64,000 nt of DNA from Alphaproteobacteria bacterium (GTDB lineage: Bacteria > Pseudomonadota > Alphaproteobacteria > SP197): assembly GCA_964291415.2 (NCBI GenBank), contig OZ219920.1, positions 256,001 through 320,000 of the forward strand. The letters run 5' to 3'. Within the stretch, counting starts at the first letter, position 1. Each line of letters begins with the position of its first letter. The translations under genes and the position numbers were made by a program. Below, piece by piece: positions 20,422-30,985 of this stretch. The notes beneath the pieces are model-generated. The model did not search any database and was not told where the DNA came from. It saw nothing but the letters and a program-made list of their open reading frames with translations.

Positions 20422-22580
20422 TCCGCCGGCGTGGGTGTCGCATTGCCCCGCTGGATCTGCCGTTGCAGTGCACTGCCCCGGCCCGACAGGCTGGGATTGG
20501 TCATGAAGAAGCGGTGGGCGGAAAAGGCGTTGTCCGCGTTGGCGAGCCTCGTGTAGGCGCCATCGCTGGTCAGCGTCCAGGACTGCTCCGTATCGCGCAG
20601 GTTGGCGACCATGATCTGGTCGAGAATCTGCCGGTGAACCGTCGGGTTGAGAATCGGAACCATGGTCTCTACCCGATAATCGAAATTGCGGGTCATCCAG
20701 TCAGCCGACGACACGAAGACAAGGGTGTCGGATGATGGCATCTCGCCGCCGTTGGCAAAGCAGAAGATGCGGCTGTGCTCGAGAAAGCGGCCGACCAGAC
20801 TCTTCACCCGGATCCTCTCCGAGAGTCCCTCGACACCGGGTCGCAGGCAGCAGATGCCGCGCACCACGAGATCGATCTCAACGCCACAGCCGGACGCCTG
20901 GTAGAGCAGGTCGATGATCTGCGAATCGACGAGGGAGTTCATCTTGGCCCAGATGGCGGCCGGCTTGCCGGCCCGGGCATTGTCGATCTCACGGCGGATC
21001 AGCTCGTGAAGGCGCTGGCGCAGGATGCCAGGCGACATGGCGACCGCCTCGAGAGTGTGGGGCCTGATGTATCCGGTCAGGAAGTTGAAGATCCGGTTGG
21101 CGTCCCGGGTGAGCGCCGGCGCGGTGGTGAAGAGGGAGAGATCGGTGTAGATCTTTGCCGTGACGGGGTGATAGTTGCCGGTTCCAAAGTGAACGTATGT
21201 CACCAGGGCGCCTTGTTCGCGGCGCACGATGAGCGAAATCTTCGTGTGGGTCTTGAAGTCCGGTATGCCGTACACGATCTGGGCGCCGGCATGTTCGAGA
21301 CCGCGGGCCCAGCGGATGTTCGCCTCCTCGTCGAACCGCGCCTTGAGCTCGACGACCGCCGTGACCGACTTGCCCGCTTCCGCTGCCTCGATAAGGGCCT
21401 TCACGATCGGCGATCCCTCGCTCGTCCGGTAGAGCGTCTGCTTGATCGCCACCACCGCGGGGTCGCGTGCCGCCTGCTGCAGGAACTGGACGACGACATC
21501 GAAACTCTCGTAGGGGTGATGGACGATGATGTCCTTGGCGCGGATGGCGTCGAAGCAGTTGCCGCCGAAGTCGCGAATGCGCTCGGGGAAGCGCGCCGAA
21601 TAGGGATCGAACAGCAGATCGGGGCGGTGGTCGACGATCAGGCGGGAGAGATCGCTCAGACCGAGCTCGCCCTCGACCACGGTGACATCGCCGGGGGAGA
21701 CATCGAGGCGGTCGGTCAGAAGATTGAGAAGTTCGCCAGGCATGGCCGCATCGACCACGAGATCAATCACGCTGCCGCGCCGCCGCCGCTTGAGAGCGCT
21801 CTCGAAGTGGCGCACCAGATCCTGTGATTCCTCGTCGATCTCGATTTCACTGTCGCGCACCACGCGGAAAAAGCCGGTTTCAAGCAACCTGAACCCCGGA
21901 AACAGGTTCTTGAGATGCATGCGCACGGCCTGTTCGAGGGGCAGGAAGCGCGATCCCTCGTCTCCAGGCAGGCGAATGAAGCGATCGGTCTGCTGCGGCA
22001 GCCTGATGATGGCATGGGCCGGTTCATCTCCGCCCTTACCGATGAGCTTGAGGGCGATGCCGAACCCGAAATTGGGAATGAAGGGGAAGGGATGGGCCGG
22101 ATCAATGGCCATTGGCGTCAGCAGGGGCAGGATTTCGCGTTCGAAATGATCGGCGAGCCAGGAGCGTTCTTCTTCGTCGAGCTGACCCTCGCTGACCACC
22201 GAGATTCCTTCCCGTGACAGCAGTCCCCGCAGGGTGCGCCAGATGACATACTGGCCGCCGATCAGCGTCTTCGAGCGATCCTTGATGGCTGCCAGCTGAC
22301 GTGCCGGAGACAGGCCATCGATGCCCGGAGTGGTGACACCGGCGTCGACCTGGGCCTTGAGGCCGGCCACCCTCACCATCTGGAATTCATCGAGATTGCT
22401 GGCGGAGATCGACAGGAATCTCAATCGTTCAAGGAGCGGGTGACGGGTGTTGCGCGCTTCCTCGAGAACCCGTTCGTTGAAGGCCAGCCAGCTCAGTTCG
22501 CGATTGATGTAGCGATCGGCCGGCGCCTCGGCGGGTGCCGGCGCGACGGACAGGACGGTATCCAGTTCCTGGCTGACCAT
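20418..22580 (-). CDS. ppk1: Polyphosphate kinase 1
   Basis: [62 protein letters not shown]. Confidence 0.96.
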   Translation of the reverse strand: MVSQELDTVLSVAPAPAEAPADRYINRELSWLAFNERVLEEARNTRHPLLERLRFLSISASNLDEFQMVRVAGLKAQVDAGVTTPGIDGLSPARQLAAIKDRSKTLIGGQYVIWRTLRGLLSREGISVVSEGQLDEEERSWLADHFEREILPLLTPMAIDPAHPFPFIPNFGFGIALKLIGKGGDEPAHAIIRLPQQTDRFIRLPGDEGSRFLPLEQAVRMHLKNLFPGFRLLETGFFRVVRDSEIEIDEESQDLVRHFESALKRRRRGSVIDLVVDAAMPGELLNLLTDRLDVSPGDVTVVEGELGLSDLSRLIVDHRPDLLFDPYSARFPERIRDFGGNCFDAIRAKDIIVHHPYESFDVVVQFLQQAARDPAVVAIKQTLYRTSEGSPIVKALIEAAEAGKSVTAVVELKARFDEEANIRWARGLEHAGAQIVYGIPDFKTHTKISLIVRREQGALVTYVHFGTGNYHPVTAKIYTDLSLFTTAPALTRDANRIFNFLTGYIRPHTLEAVAMSPGILRQRLHELIRREIDNARAGKPAAIWAKMNSLVDSQIIDLLYQASGCGVEIDLVVRGICCLRPGVEGLSERIRVKSLVGRFLEHSRIFCFANGGEMPSSDTLVFVSSADWMTRNFDYRVETMVPILNPTVHRQILDQIMVANLRDTEQSWTLTSDGAYTRLANADNAFSAHRFFMTNPSLSGRGSALQRQIQRGNATPTPAE

Positions 22581-22650
22581 TCTGTGCTAGCCTCGGGTCG
22601 GAAAGCGGAATGTGCGGGATTTCCCCGAACGTCGCAGGAGACGATGTGTG

Positions 22651-23160
22651 ATGACCACCACACTTTATCTCGTACGCCATGCCAAATCCAGTTGGGCAGA
22701 CATCACGCTCGACGATCACGATCGTCCCTTGCGCAACCGCGGGAGACGCCGCGCCGCCGGCCTCGCCACCTGGCTGGAAGAACGCTCGCTGGGATGCGAT
22801 CTCGTGCTGTGCTCGACCACGTTGCGCACCCGCCAGACTCTGGAGATCCTGCTTCCCGTCCTCGGCAGCGCGGAAGTCCGCTACGAAGAGGGTCTCTACC
22901 ATGGCGATGCACGCCACCTCATCTCCGTGCTGCGGCGTACGCCCTCCACCATGGATCGGGTCATGGTGGTGGGCCACGATCCTGTCCTGCAAATGACGGC
23001 GCAGTACCTGGCGGCGACGGCGACAGGCGATGCCATGGACAGGCTCGATCGCAAGTTTCCGACGTCCGCGCTGGCCATGCTGACCTTCGGTTCGGCCGGG
23101 TGGACGGCGCTGCGCCAGCACATGGGACACCTCGAATTCTTCTGCATTCCACCGGATTGA
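22651..23160 (+). CDS. sixA: SixA-like histidine phosphatase
   Basis: LYLVRHAKSSW, DHDRPL, MVVGHDP, KFPTSALA. Confidence 0.88.
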   Translation: MTTTLYLVRHAKSSWADITLDDHDRPLRNRGRRRAAGLATWLEERSLGCDLVLCSTTLRTRQTLEILLPVLGSAEVRYEEGLYHGDARHLISVLRRTPSTMDRVMVVGHDPVLQMTAQYLAATATGDAMDRLDRKFPTSALAMLTFGSAGWTALRQHMGHLEFFCIPPD

Positions 23161-23167
23161 GATTGCG

Positions 23168-23692
23168 ATGAGACTGTTCGCAGGCTGGCTCTATGCTCTG
23201 GGGCTGGTGGCCACGCTCGGCGGGGTCATCGTCTGGGCATCCAATATCCCGAACATCCCCGACGAGGACGACCTCGTCTGGAAGCGCGGCTTTCTGGTCG
23301 GCATCCTCCTCGACTACGACTACGATGGCCTGTTCGTCGTCAACATGCGGTTGCGGGACGACGAGACCCTCTACACCTACCACTCCACCTACCCCAGATA
23401 TGTCGCGGTGCGCGATCGCTTTGGCATCTACCGCGATGTCGAGATCCTCGTCGATCAGACCGCCCTGGCCTCCGGCAGCGAGACCGTCAGGATGTGGGGC
23501 GTGATCGAGCACGACCCCTACGATGAAGGTATCGTTGTGCTGTTCGACGAGATCCGCAGGGAGGTGACGCAGACCGAACGCTCCTGGCAGCGCGTCGCCC
23601 TCATCGTGCTCGCCTCGGGGCTGGCCGCCATCCTCGCAGGATTCGCGATCCGCCGTGCCGTTCCCTACGTTCCCAGGGACCCCACGGCCTGA
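23168..23692 (+). CDS. Hypothetical membrane protein with two terminal TM helices
   Basis: Hydrophobic N- and C-terminal segments flanking an acidic beta-rich region; coding-like codon usage; 7 bp after sixA. Confidence 0.65.
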   Translation: MRLFAGWLYALGLVATLGGVIVWASNIPNIPDEDDLVWKRGFLVGILLDYDYDGLFVVNMRLRDDETLYTYHSTYPRYVAVRDRFGIYRDVEILVDQTALASGSETVRMWGVIEHDPYDEGIVVLFDEIRREVTQTERSWQRVALIVLASGLAAILAGFAIRRAVPYVPRDPTA

Positions 23693-24849
23693 CGGCCCGA
23701 GAGGCGCCGGTAGATCCTCGAGGCGTTGCCGCGGGCGATCATGGCGACGATGCGCTCGGCCTCCGCCAGGTTGAGCATGCCGTCGGAGATCCAGCGGTCG
23801 AGATGCTGGCTCAGCGTGCGGCGGAACTGGAGTTGTCCGAGATAGTGGAGCTCGGCCAGTCCGAAGGCGTCCGAACTGTAGAGCTGCTTGAAGAAGGGGC
23901 CCATTTCCAGGGCTTCGCCCATGATCGTGGCGGCCTGGGGCCCGGTGAAATTGAGGACCACGCCGACATCGTAATAGACGTTGCGGAAGATCTCGGCGAG
24001 CCACGCTGCTTCACGATGGAAGGGATAGTTGTGGAGAAGCGTGCAGTCGACCTCCCAGGTCTCCATGGCGCGCAGGAACTCCGTGAAGTGTGTCGGGTCA
24101 CAGGCGTGCATGGTGATGTCGGGGTCGCCGAATCCGACGTGGATCTGCAGGGGAAGGCCGTGCTGACGGGCGAGTTCGGCACCTGTCCACAGGCCTGACC
24201 GCACGACGTCAACCGCCTCGAGGCGTACCGTTCCCGTGGTCTCGATGGAGCGGAACCAGGCATCCGTCGCCGCCCCCACTTCGGCGGCCGAAGGCGGGCT
24301 CTGGTCGATGGCGAAGGTCGTGCGATAGGCGACAATGGTCTTCAGGCCGACCGCGTCGTGCGTCCGTGCCGCCAGGATGTCGGCGAACGCCTGAGGGAAG
24401 CGTGCCGCGTCAACGCCGGACCGCGCCACCTCTTCGGCCACGGCCTCGATGCGAACGACCTCGTGGGCCGGCCGTCCCGAGATCGCCGCCATCTCCGGCA
24501 CATCGGCAATCGATTCGCTCCGGTGGCCGGTGTCGACGATCAGCCTTTCCAGGCCGCATGCGTGAAGCAGGCGACGGTTGACTTCCTCCGCACCGATGTG
24601 GCGGCGACGTTCCACGTAGTCCCTGCCTTGCGTGAAGGGGTCGAGGCCGAGCAGCGGCGCGCACTGGCTGCGGACCATGAGACCGAGCGGCTTGTCGAAC
24701 TGCGAGGTTCCGTCGGGTGGCGGCCGGTAGCTTTCGCTCATGAGTGCCTCGAACGTCTGAAGATCGAGGTCTCCCGGCATCACGCCGTGGCAGTGATGAT
24801 CGATCAGGGGCAGATCACACGTGACGCCCCCCTTTGATGCAGCGGGCAT
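23665..24849 (-). CDS. Amidohydrolase family protein (FluG N-terminal-domain-like)
   Basis: LIDHHCHG, GLKTIVAYR, LQIHVGFGD, LLHNYPFHRE, LYSSDAFGLAE; start uncertain (24849 or 24825). Confidence 0.85.
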   Translation of the reverse strand: MPAASKGGVTCDLPLIDHHCHGVMPGDLDLQTFEALMSESYRPPPDGTSQFDKPLGLMVRSQCAPLLGLDPFTQGRDYVERRRHIGAEEVNRRLLHACGLERLIVDTGHRSESIADVPEMAAISGRPAHEVVRIEAVAEEVARSGVDAARFPQAFADILAARTHDAVGLKTIVAYRTTFAIDQSPPSAAEVGAATDAWFRSIETTGTVRLEAVDVVRSGLWTGAELARQHGLPLQIHVGFGDPDITMHACDPTHFTEFLRAMETWEVDCTLLHNYPFHREAAWLAEIFRNVYYDVGVVLNFTGPQAATIMGEALEMGPFFKQLYSSDAFGLAELHYLGQLQFRRTLSQHLDRWISDGMLNLAEAERIVAMIARGNASRIYRRLSGRQAVGSLGT

Positions 24850-24853
24850 CGCC

Positions 24854-26155
24854 TCAATAGGCCCCGCGGTATCTCTGGCAGAGTTCGGCATCGCTCATCG
24901 CCGCCGCATTCGCTGCCTCGAGACGCTTGAGGGCGCCATAGGCCTCGATCATCACGGGGTCAAACCACTGACAGACGCTGTCATCGGCCAGGAAGGCGTC
25001 GAGGGCCTCGTCCAGGGATTCCGGCAGGGTGCGGATACCCTGGTCCCGGCGTTCGGCGTCGCTCAACGAGGCCGGATCCAGATTCACCATGGCAGGGGGC
25101 GCCAGGTCGGCGCGGATTCCTTCGAGCCCGGCGCGGATGATGGCGCCGATGGCAAGGTAGGGGCTCGCCGTCGCGTCGGTCGAGCGGATCTCGATGTTGA
25201 AGGCCGCAGGGTCGCCATCGGGCGCAGGGCAGATCCGGATTGCCGCCTCGCGATTCTGCACCCCGACGGCATCGAAGCCGCAGCTCCAGTGGTGTGGTCC
25301 CAGGCGCATGTAGGAGACGGGACTTGGCGCCGTGATGGCGACGAGAGCCCGCAGGTGACGGTGAACTCCGGCGACGAAGCGTCCGGCTGCGGCGCTCAGT
25401 CCGGCCGGTCCGGCGGGGTCGGCCGTCACCGGGTTGCCGGCACTGTCCCACAGGCTCAAGTGAAGATGGCAGCCGTTGCCGACGGCATCCGGCGCCGGCT
25501 TTGGCGAAAAACTCGCGGTGATCGAGCACTGGCGTGCGGTCTCGCGCACCGTCTCCCTGGTGATGACGACACGATCGGCGCCGGCCAGCCCCGTTGCCGG
25601 TCCGCAACTCACTTCGTACTGTCCGACTCCGTACTCGGGCTCGAAGGTCTCGAGGTCGACGCCGGCATCGATCAGCGCACGGGTGCAGAGATCGGCAAAG
25701 GGCGCGGCCCGGCGAATGGAATCGACGGAAAACGGCGCCGCCCACTCGAGAGCGGGATCGATGAGCAGGAACTCGTTCTCGTAGGCGATGGCGACCTCGA
25801 GTCCGGTCTGACTCTTCAGATCCTCAAGGGCATGCGCGAGGAAACTCCGGGTGCAGCACCCCCAGGGTGTGCCGTCGGCATGAAGACTGTTGCACAGGGC
25901 GACATGGAACGCCGGATGATCCTGCTTGACGACAATGCGCCGGCGCGTTGCCTCGTCCGGCACCTGACGCACCTCGTCCATGGGTCCCCAGGGATTGGGC
26001 GCGATGTCCTCGAAGGGTGTCAGGGACTGGCCGGCGAGTGCCCATCCCAGCCCGTGACGCCGTCGGCGCTCGTACTGCTCCAGGGGAACGCCCCTGGTGC
26101 GCGACAGTCCCACGAGGTCGTTCCAGACCAGCAGGACCAGTTCACCATTCGCCAT
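24854..26155 (-). CDS. Glutamine synthetase-like gamma-glutamyl ligase
   Basis: YENEF, EPEYGVGQYEV, GNGCHLHLSL, SYMRL, NREAAIR, NIEIRSTDATASPYL. Confidence 0.9.
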   Translation of the reverse strand: MANGELVLLVWNDLVGLSRTRGVPLEQYERRRRHGLGWALAGQSLTPFEDIAPNPWGPMDEVRQVPDEATRRRIVVKQDHPAFHVALCNSLHADGTPWGCCTRSFLAHALEDLKSQTGLEVAIAYENEFLLIDPALEWAAPFSVDSIRRAAPFADLCTRALIDAGVDLETFEPEYGVGQYEVSCGPATGLAGADRVVITRETVRETARQCSITASFSPKPAPDAVGNGCHLHLSLWDSAGNPVTADPAGPAGLSAAAGRFVAGVHRHLRALVAITAPSPVSYMRLGPHHWSCGFDAVGVQNREAAIRICPAPDGDPAAFNIEIRSTDATASPYLAIGAIIRAGLEGIRADLAPPAMVNLDPASLSDAERRDQGIRTLPESLDEALDAFLADDSVCQWFDPVMIEAYGALKRLEAANAAAMSDAELCQRYRGAY

Positions 26156-26248
26156 GACACCTCGCGCGTCGGTCGCGTGCCGGCGGCCACTGTTGCAACG
26201 TCGGCGACGCCGGTCAACGCCGCTTGACGACATTGGCGGGGTCTTCCA

Positions 26249-28129
26249 ATGTCGCCGGCTCCTGCAGGTGAAGCGACACCGTTGAACACGTTGACACGTG
26301 CCCGTCTTGCGTCCTGGCCGCCCCTAGCAGGCAGCCTGCTCATGCTGGTTCCCATCGCCGTCGTATCCCTGCTGGTGTGGCAGACGGGCGGTGCGGCGCT
26401 CCAGGGGACCGTGACGCACTATCTCGTGCTGACGGTCGCGGTGCTGGCCTTCAGCGCGTTCACCGGCAACTCCGGAATCCTGAGTTTCGGTCACGCGGCC
26501 TTCATGGGCCTGGCGGCGCATGTGACGGGCGTTCTCACCATACCGGTGGCACAGAAGGCCATCTTTCTGCCCGACCTGCCGTTGTGGCTTGCCGGTCTCG
26601 AACTCCATTTTCTCCTGGCCGGCGCGATCGCCGTGGTTCTCGTGACGATCGTCGGATTTCTCGTCGGCATTCCGATCTGCCGTCTCGGTGGCGCCTCGGC
26701 GGCGATCGCCACCCTGGGACTGCTCATCATCGCCTATGGCGTCCTCGTGGGCGCTCGGGACTTCACCCGCGGCAGCCAGGCGCTGATCGGCGTGCCGCGA
26801 ACCGTCGACATCCCCCTGGCCCTGCTGTTTGTCGCAATCGCCCTCACGGCGTGCCGCATCTTTCGGGATTCCCTGCCCGGCCTCGAATTGCGGGCGGCAC
26901 GCGAAGACGAGCCGGCGGCACGGGCCGTGGGTGTGGATGTCCACCGTCGCCGTCTGCTTGCCTGGACGCTCAGCGCCTGTATCGCCGCCGTTGCCGGGGT
27001 GCTGCTGGCCCATGAACTCGGGGTCTATTCGCCGAGAGAGTTCTACTTCCAGATCACCTTTGCGGTCCTCGTCATGCTGATCGTCGGCGGCATGACAAGT
27101 GTATCGGGGGCCGTGGCGGGTGCGGTTGTCGTCACCATCCTCATCGAAGTCCTGCGGTCGGTGGAAGAGTCCATCAACACGGTCTGGTTCGACGAGCCGA
27201 CGGTCTTCGGGCTGACGGACATCGGCCTGTCGCTCGCCATCCTCGGCGTGCTCTTCTGGCGGCGCAACGGACTGTTCGAGTACCGCGAGATCGAGGACTT
27301 CGTCCTCAGCCCCCGCCAGCCCCCCGCCGGACCCTTCACTGCGACGCCCGGGCGGGTGGCAGGGGAGGGAGGGCTCGAGGTCCGTAACGTCACCAGGATG
27401 TTCGGAGGCCTGCGCGCCGTGGACGACGCCAGCCTCTCGCTGAAGCCAGGCGAGATTGTCGGCCTCATCGGACCCAACGGTTCGGGGAAGACCACGCTGC
27501 TCGGCTGCATCTCCGGCGCCCTGGACTGCGACGGAGGCACCATCGTACTCGACGGCGCCGACATCACCGGCATGCCCAGTCACCTGATTGCCAGGCGTGG
27601 CGTCGGCCGCACCTTCCAGAACGTCAGGCTGTTTTCCAATCTTTCTTGCCAGGAGAACGTCAAGACCGCCCTGGCGGCGGGATCGACCGGTTCAAGACCG
27701 GCCCGCATGACGGAGCGATGCCTCGCCCTTCTCGGGGAACTCGGCATCGCAGACTATGCCTCGCGTCGCGCCGGAACCCTCGCCTACGGCCTGCAGCGGC
27801 GCCTGGAGATCGCCCGGGCGCTCGCCCTGGAACCCCGCTATCTGCTGCTCGACGAACCGGCCGCGGGCATGAATGAGAGCGAATCCGACGAACTGCTCGC
27901 CATTCTGGCCCGGTTGCGGGAAGTCAGGGGCCCGGGCCTGCTTGTCGTCGACCACGATCTCAGCCTCATCATGAGATTGTGCGACCGGGTGATCGTGCTA
28001 AACAAGGGCGAAGTCATTGCCGAAGGAACACCGGAGGAGGTCCAGTCCGACCCGGTCGTGATCGAGGCATACCTGGGTCGCCGGCGTACCGCCGAGCGGG
28101 CCACCAGTTTGTCAGCAGCAAGGGAGTAG
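26249..28129 (+). CDS. Branched-chain ABC transporter permease-ATPase fusion (LivM-LivG)
   Basis: SFGHAAFMG permease region fused to GPNGSGKTT, RTFQNVRLF, LLDEPAAG, VIEAYLG. Confidence 0.92.
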   Translation: MSPAPAGEATPLNTLTRARLASWPPLAGSLLMLVPIAVVSLLVWQTGGAALQGTVTHYLVLTVAVLAFSAFTGNSGILSFGHAAFMGLAAHVTGVLTIPVAQKAIFLPDLPLWLAGLELHFLLAGAIAVVLVTIVGFLVGIPICRLGGASAAIATLGLLIIAYGVLVGARDFTRGSQALIGVPRTVDIPLALLFVAIALTACRIFRDSLPGLELRAAREDEPAARAVGVDVHRRRLLAWTLSACIAAVAGVLLAHELGVYSPREFYFQITFAVLVMLIVGGMTSVSGAVAGAVVVTILIEVLRSVEESINTVWFDEPTVFGLTDIGLSLAILGVLFWRRNGLFEYREIEDFVLSPRQPPAGPFTATPGRVAGEGGLEVRNVTRMFGGLRAVDDASLSLKPGEIVGLIGPNGSGKTTLLGCISGALDCDGGTIVLDGADITGMPSHLIARRGVGRTFQNVRLFSNLSCQENVKTALAAGSTGSRPARMTERCLALLGELGIADYASRRAGTLAYGLQRRLEIARALALEPRYLLLDEPAAGMNESESDELLAILARLREVRGPGLLVVDHDLSLIMRLCDRVIVLNKGEVIAEGTPEEVQSDPVVIEAYLGRRRTAERATSLSAARE

Positions 28130-28135
28130 GACACC

Positions 28136-29299
28136 ATGTTTCGTACATCAACAACCCGCATCGCCGCTGTGGCTGCCGGACTCGTGGCGGCTGGCGGTGT
28201 GGCCCAGGGCGATTCCCACGGAATCACGATCGGCTATGCCGGTGGATTTACCGGCTATCTCGCGCCTTACGACCAGCCGTCCCTGAACGGGGTGCAGCTG
28301 GCGCTCGATCAGATCAATGCGGCCGGCGGCATCATGGGCATGCCGGTCGAAATCATGGTCAAGGACACGCGATCGGATACCGCTCAGGCCGCCGTCGTCG
28401 CCCAGGAGCTCATCGATGAGGGCGTGGTGGCGATGATCGTGTCCTGCGACGTCGATCCCGCCGTGGCGTCCGGCGTCATGGCCCAGGCGGCCGAGATCCC
28501 GTCAGCGAGTTCGTGTGCTTCCACACCCACCCTGCCGGCGGCGGTCGGACCCTACATGTTCTCCAACTACACGGCGGACAACCTGCAGGGTGCAGTCCTC
28601 GCAGAGTATGCCCGCGGCCAGGGCTACGAGAATGCCTATATCCTGCTGTCGCGCGACACGCCCTACACCGAGAAGCTGCCGGAGTACTTCGGCGAGGCCT
28701 TCGAGGCCATGGGCGGCACGGTGGTCGCGGTCGGCGAATACACCATGGGACAGCAGGACTTCTCGGCGGAAGTCACCAACATCGGCGGCCTCGATCCCAG
28801 TCCGGACGTCATCCAGACGTCGGCCTACGAGCCCGACTTTCCGGCCTTCATCAAGCAATTGCGAGCCGCCGGCATCGACACACCGGTGCTCGGCAGTGAC
28901 GGCATCGATTCTCCCACGACCTTCGCTCTTGGCGACGTGGCCGAGGGCGTGGTCTTCTCCAACGCCGGATTTGCGTCTCCGGGTAGTGCGCTCGAGGCCT
29001 TCGAGATGGCTTACGAGGAGAAGTACGGCATGCCGAACGACACCGTCTTCACGGCAACCGGCTATGACCTGATGATGGTCATCGCCGCGGCCATCGAGGC
29101 GGCCGGCTCCACCGACGGTCCGGCGATCCGGGATGCCTGGGACAACCTGGAGAACGTCCAGGTCGCCACGGGGTCGATCACCTACAAGGATCAGAACCGG
29201 GTGCCGGTGCGTGTTGTCGCGCTCAACCAGGTCTCGGGCGGCGAGAGGGTTCATGTCGGCGATTTCTCGCCCGATTCCTCGATGATCCCGGCTCCGTGA
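28136..29299 (+). CDS. ABC substrate-binding protein (LivK-like)
   Basis: Signal peptide; LALDQINAAGGIMG; QDFSAEVT; LGSDGID. Confidence 0.92.
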   Translation: MFRTSTTRIAAVAAGLVAAGGVAQGDSHGITIGYAGGFTGYLAPYDQPSLNGVQLALDQINAAGGIMGMPVEIMVKDTRSDTAQAAVVAQELIDEGVVAMIVSCDVDPAVASGVMAQAAEIPSASSCASTPTLPAAVGPYMFSNYTADNLQGAVLAEYARGQGYENAYILLSRDTPYTEKLPEYFGEAFEAMGGTVVAVGEYTMGQQDFSAEVTNIGGLDPSPDVIQTSAYEPDFPAFIKQLRAAGIDTPVLGSDGIDSPTTFALGDVAEGVVFSNAGFASPGSALEAFEMAYEEKYGMPNDTVFTATGYDLMMVIAAAIEAAGSTDGPAIRDAWDNLENVQVATGSITYKDQNRVPVRVVALNQVSGGERVHVGDFSPDSSMIPAP

Positions 29300-30024
29300 G
29301 CAGTGGCCCCGAACACCTCCTCGACGTCGCAGGGCTTGAGGTCCGCTACGGCGCCATAGAGGCCATCAGGGGCGCAGGCCTCGAGGTCTGCAAGGGCGAA
29401 ATCGTGACTCTTCTCGGCGCCAACGGCGCCGGGAAGAGTTCCTTTCTCAACGCCGTCATGGGACTGGTGCCACTGGCCGCCGGCCGGGTCGTGCTCGATG
29501 GCGCGGACATCACCGGCGAAAAGCCGGAAACCGTCGTGCGGCGTGGCATGACCCTGTGCCCGGAAGGACGGCGCGTCTTTGCCAATCTCACCGTACGCGA
29601 GAATCTTGCCATCGGCGGCGCGACACGGCGGCGTACCGGTGATGCCGCAACGATTCTCGCCGACATGCTGGACCGTTTCCCGGTGCTCGCGGAACGCCAT
29701 GACCAGATGGCCGGCACGCTCTCGGGAGGGGAACAGCAGATGCTGGCGATCGCCCGGGCCATGATGTCCGCTCCCCGGATCGTGCTGCTCGACGAACCTT
29801 CGCTGGGTCTCGCGCCTCAAGTCGTCGACACCATCTTCGAGATGATCGTTGCCCTTCAGCATCACGGTGCCACCATTTTGCTGGTGGAACAGAATGTCGA
29901 CCTTGCCCTGGACGTAGCCGACAGGGGCTATGTCCTTGCGTCCGGCCGTGTCGTGCTCTCCGGACCGGCATCCGAACTGCAGGCTTCCGGAGAGGTCGAA
30001 CGCGCCTACATGGGGCGCGACTGA
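29296..30024 (+). CDS. ABC ATPase (LivF-like)
   Basis: GANGAGKS, PEGRRVF, LSGGEQQMLA, LLDEPSLGLAP, LLVEQN. Confidence 0.94.
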   Translation: MSSGPEHLLDVAGLEVRYGAIEAIRGAGLEVCKGEIVTLLGANGAGKSSFLNAVMGLVPLAAGRVVLDGADITGEKPETVVRRGMTLCPEGRRVFANLTVRENLAIGGATRRRTGDAATILADMLDRFPVLAERHDQMAGTLSGGEQQMLAIARAMMSAPRIVLLDEPSLGLAPQVVDTIFEMIVALQHHGATILLVEQNVDLALDVADRGYVLASGRVVLSGPASELQASGEVERAYMGRD

Positions 30025-30089
30025 TGGATGATCCGGAGCGCCGGACGATCGGGTGGCGCACCCCTTGCGCGGGTGCCGGGTAACGGCTG

Positions 30090-30974
30090 ATGGACATCGT
30101 CATCCAGCAGTTCGTCAACGCCCTTTCCCTGGGAGGCACCTATGCCCTGCTGGCTCTTGGTCTGGCGATGGTGTTCAGCGTTCTGGGCCTGATCAACTTT
30201 GCCCACGGCGATCTCATGACGCTGACGGGCTACGCCATGTTCTTTGCCATCGGCGCCGGTCTCGGCCTGCCGCTGGCGATCGTTCTCGGCATCGCCTGCG
30301 CCACCCTGGCGGCGGTGGCGATGGAACGGGTGGCCTTCCGTCCGGTGCGTGACGCCAACACGGCAACCATGCTGCTGACCAGCCTGGCGGTCAGCACCAT
30401 CCTCCACATGCTGTTCCAGAACCTGATTTCGGCCCGACCCCGGGCCATTCCGGTGCCCTCCTGGATGATCGGCGCCGTCGATGTAGGAGGCCTGGCGATT
30501 GGCGTGATCCAGCTGATGTCAATCACCGCCACAGCGCTGCTGCTCATCGCTCTCTCGGTTTTCCTGCGCCGTTCCATCCTCGGCATCGCCATGCGGGCGG
30601 CGGCTCTCGACTTTCCGGTCACCCGGCTCATGGGGATCAATGCCAACGCCGTCGTCGCCACGGCCTTCGGCCTTTCCGGGCTGCTGGCCGGAGTGGCCGG
30701 AGTCCTGTGGCTGGCGCAGCGCGGTTCGGTCGATCCGCTGATGGGTTTCCTGCCGGTGCTCAAGGCGTTCATCGCCGTGGTGCTGGGTGGTCTTGGCAGC
30801 CTTGCAGGCGCGGTGGTGGGTGGCTTCGCGCTTGCCTTCATCGAGGTGTTCCTGCGTGCCTTCCTTCCCGAAGGCTGGTTGCCGTTTCGCGAATCGATCA
30901 CACTGACCCTCGTCATCGTCCTGCTCCTGGTCAGGCCCGAGGGTCTGATCGGCCAGCGCGAGAACGTGAGATAG
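30090..30974 (+). CDS. ABC permease (LivH-like)
   Basis: YALLALGLAMVFSVLGLINFAHG, KAFIAVVLGGLGS, RPEGLIG. Confidence 0.94.
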   Translation: MDIVIQQFVNALSLGGTYALLALGLAMVFSVLGLINFAHGDLMTLTGYAMFFAIGAGLGLPLAIVLGIACATLAAVAMERVAFRPVRDANTATMLLTSLAVSTILHMLFQNLISARPRAIPVPSWMIGAVDVGGLAIGVIQLMSITATALLLIALSVFLRRSILGIAMRAAALDFPVTRLMGINANAVVATAFGLSGLLAGVAGVLWLAQRGSVDPLMGFLPVLKAFIAVVLGGLGSLAGAVVGGFALAFIEVFLRAFLPEGWLPFRESITLTLVIVLLLVRPEGLIGQRENVR

Positions 30975-30985
30975 GAGGCGCTCGA

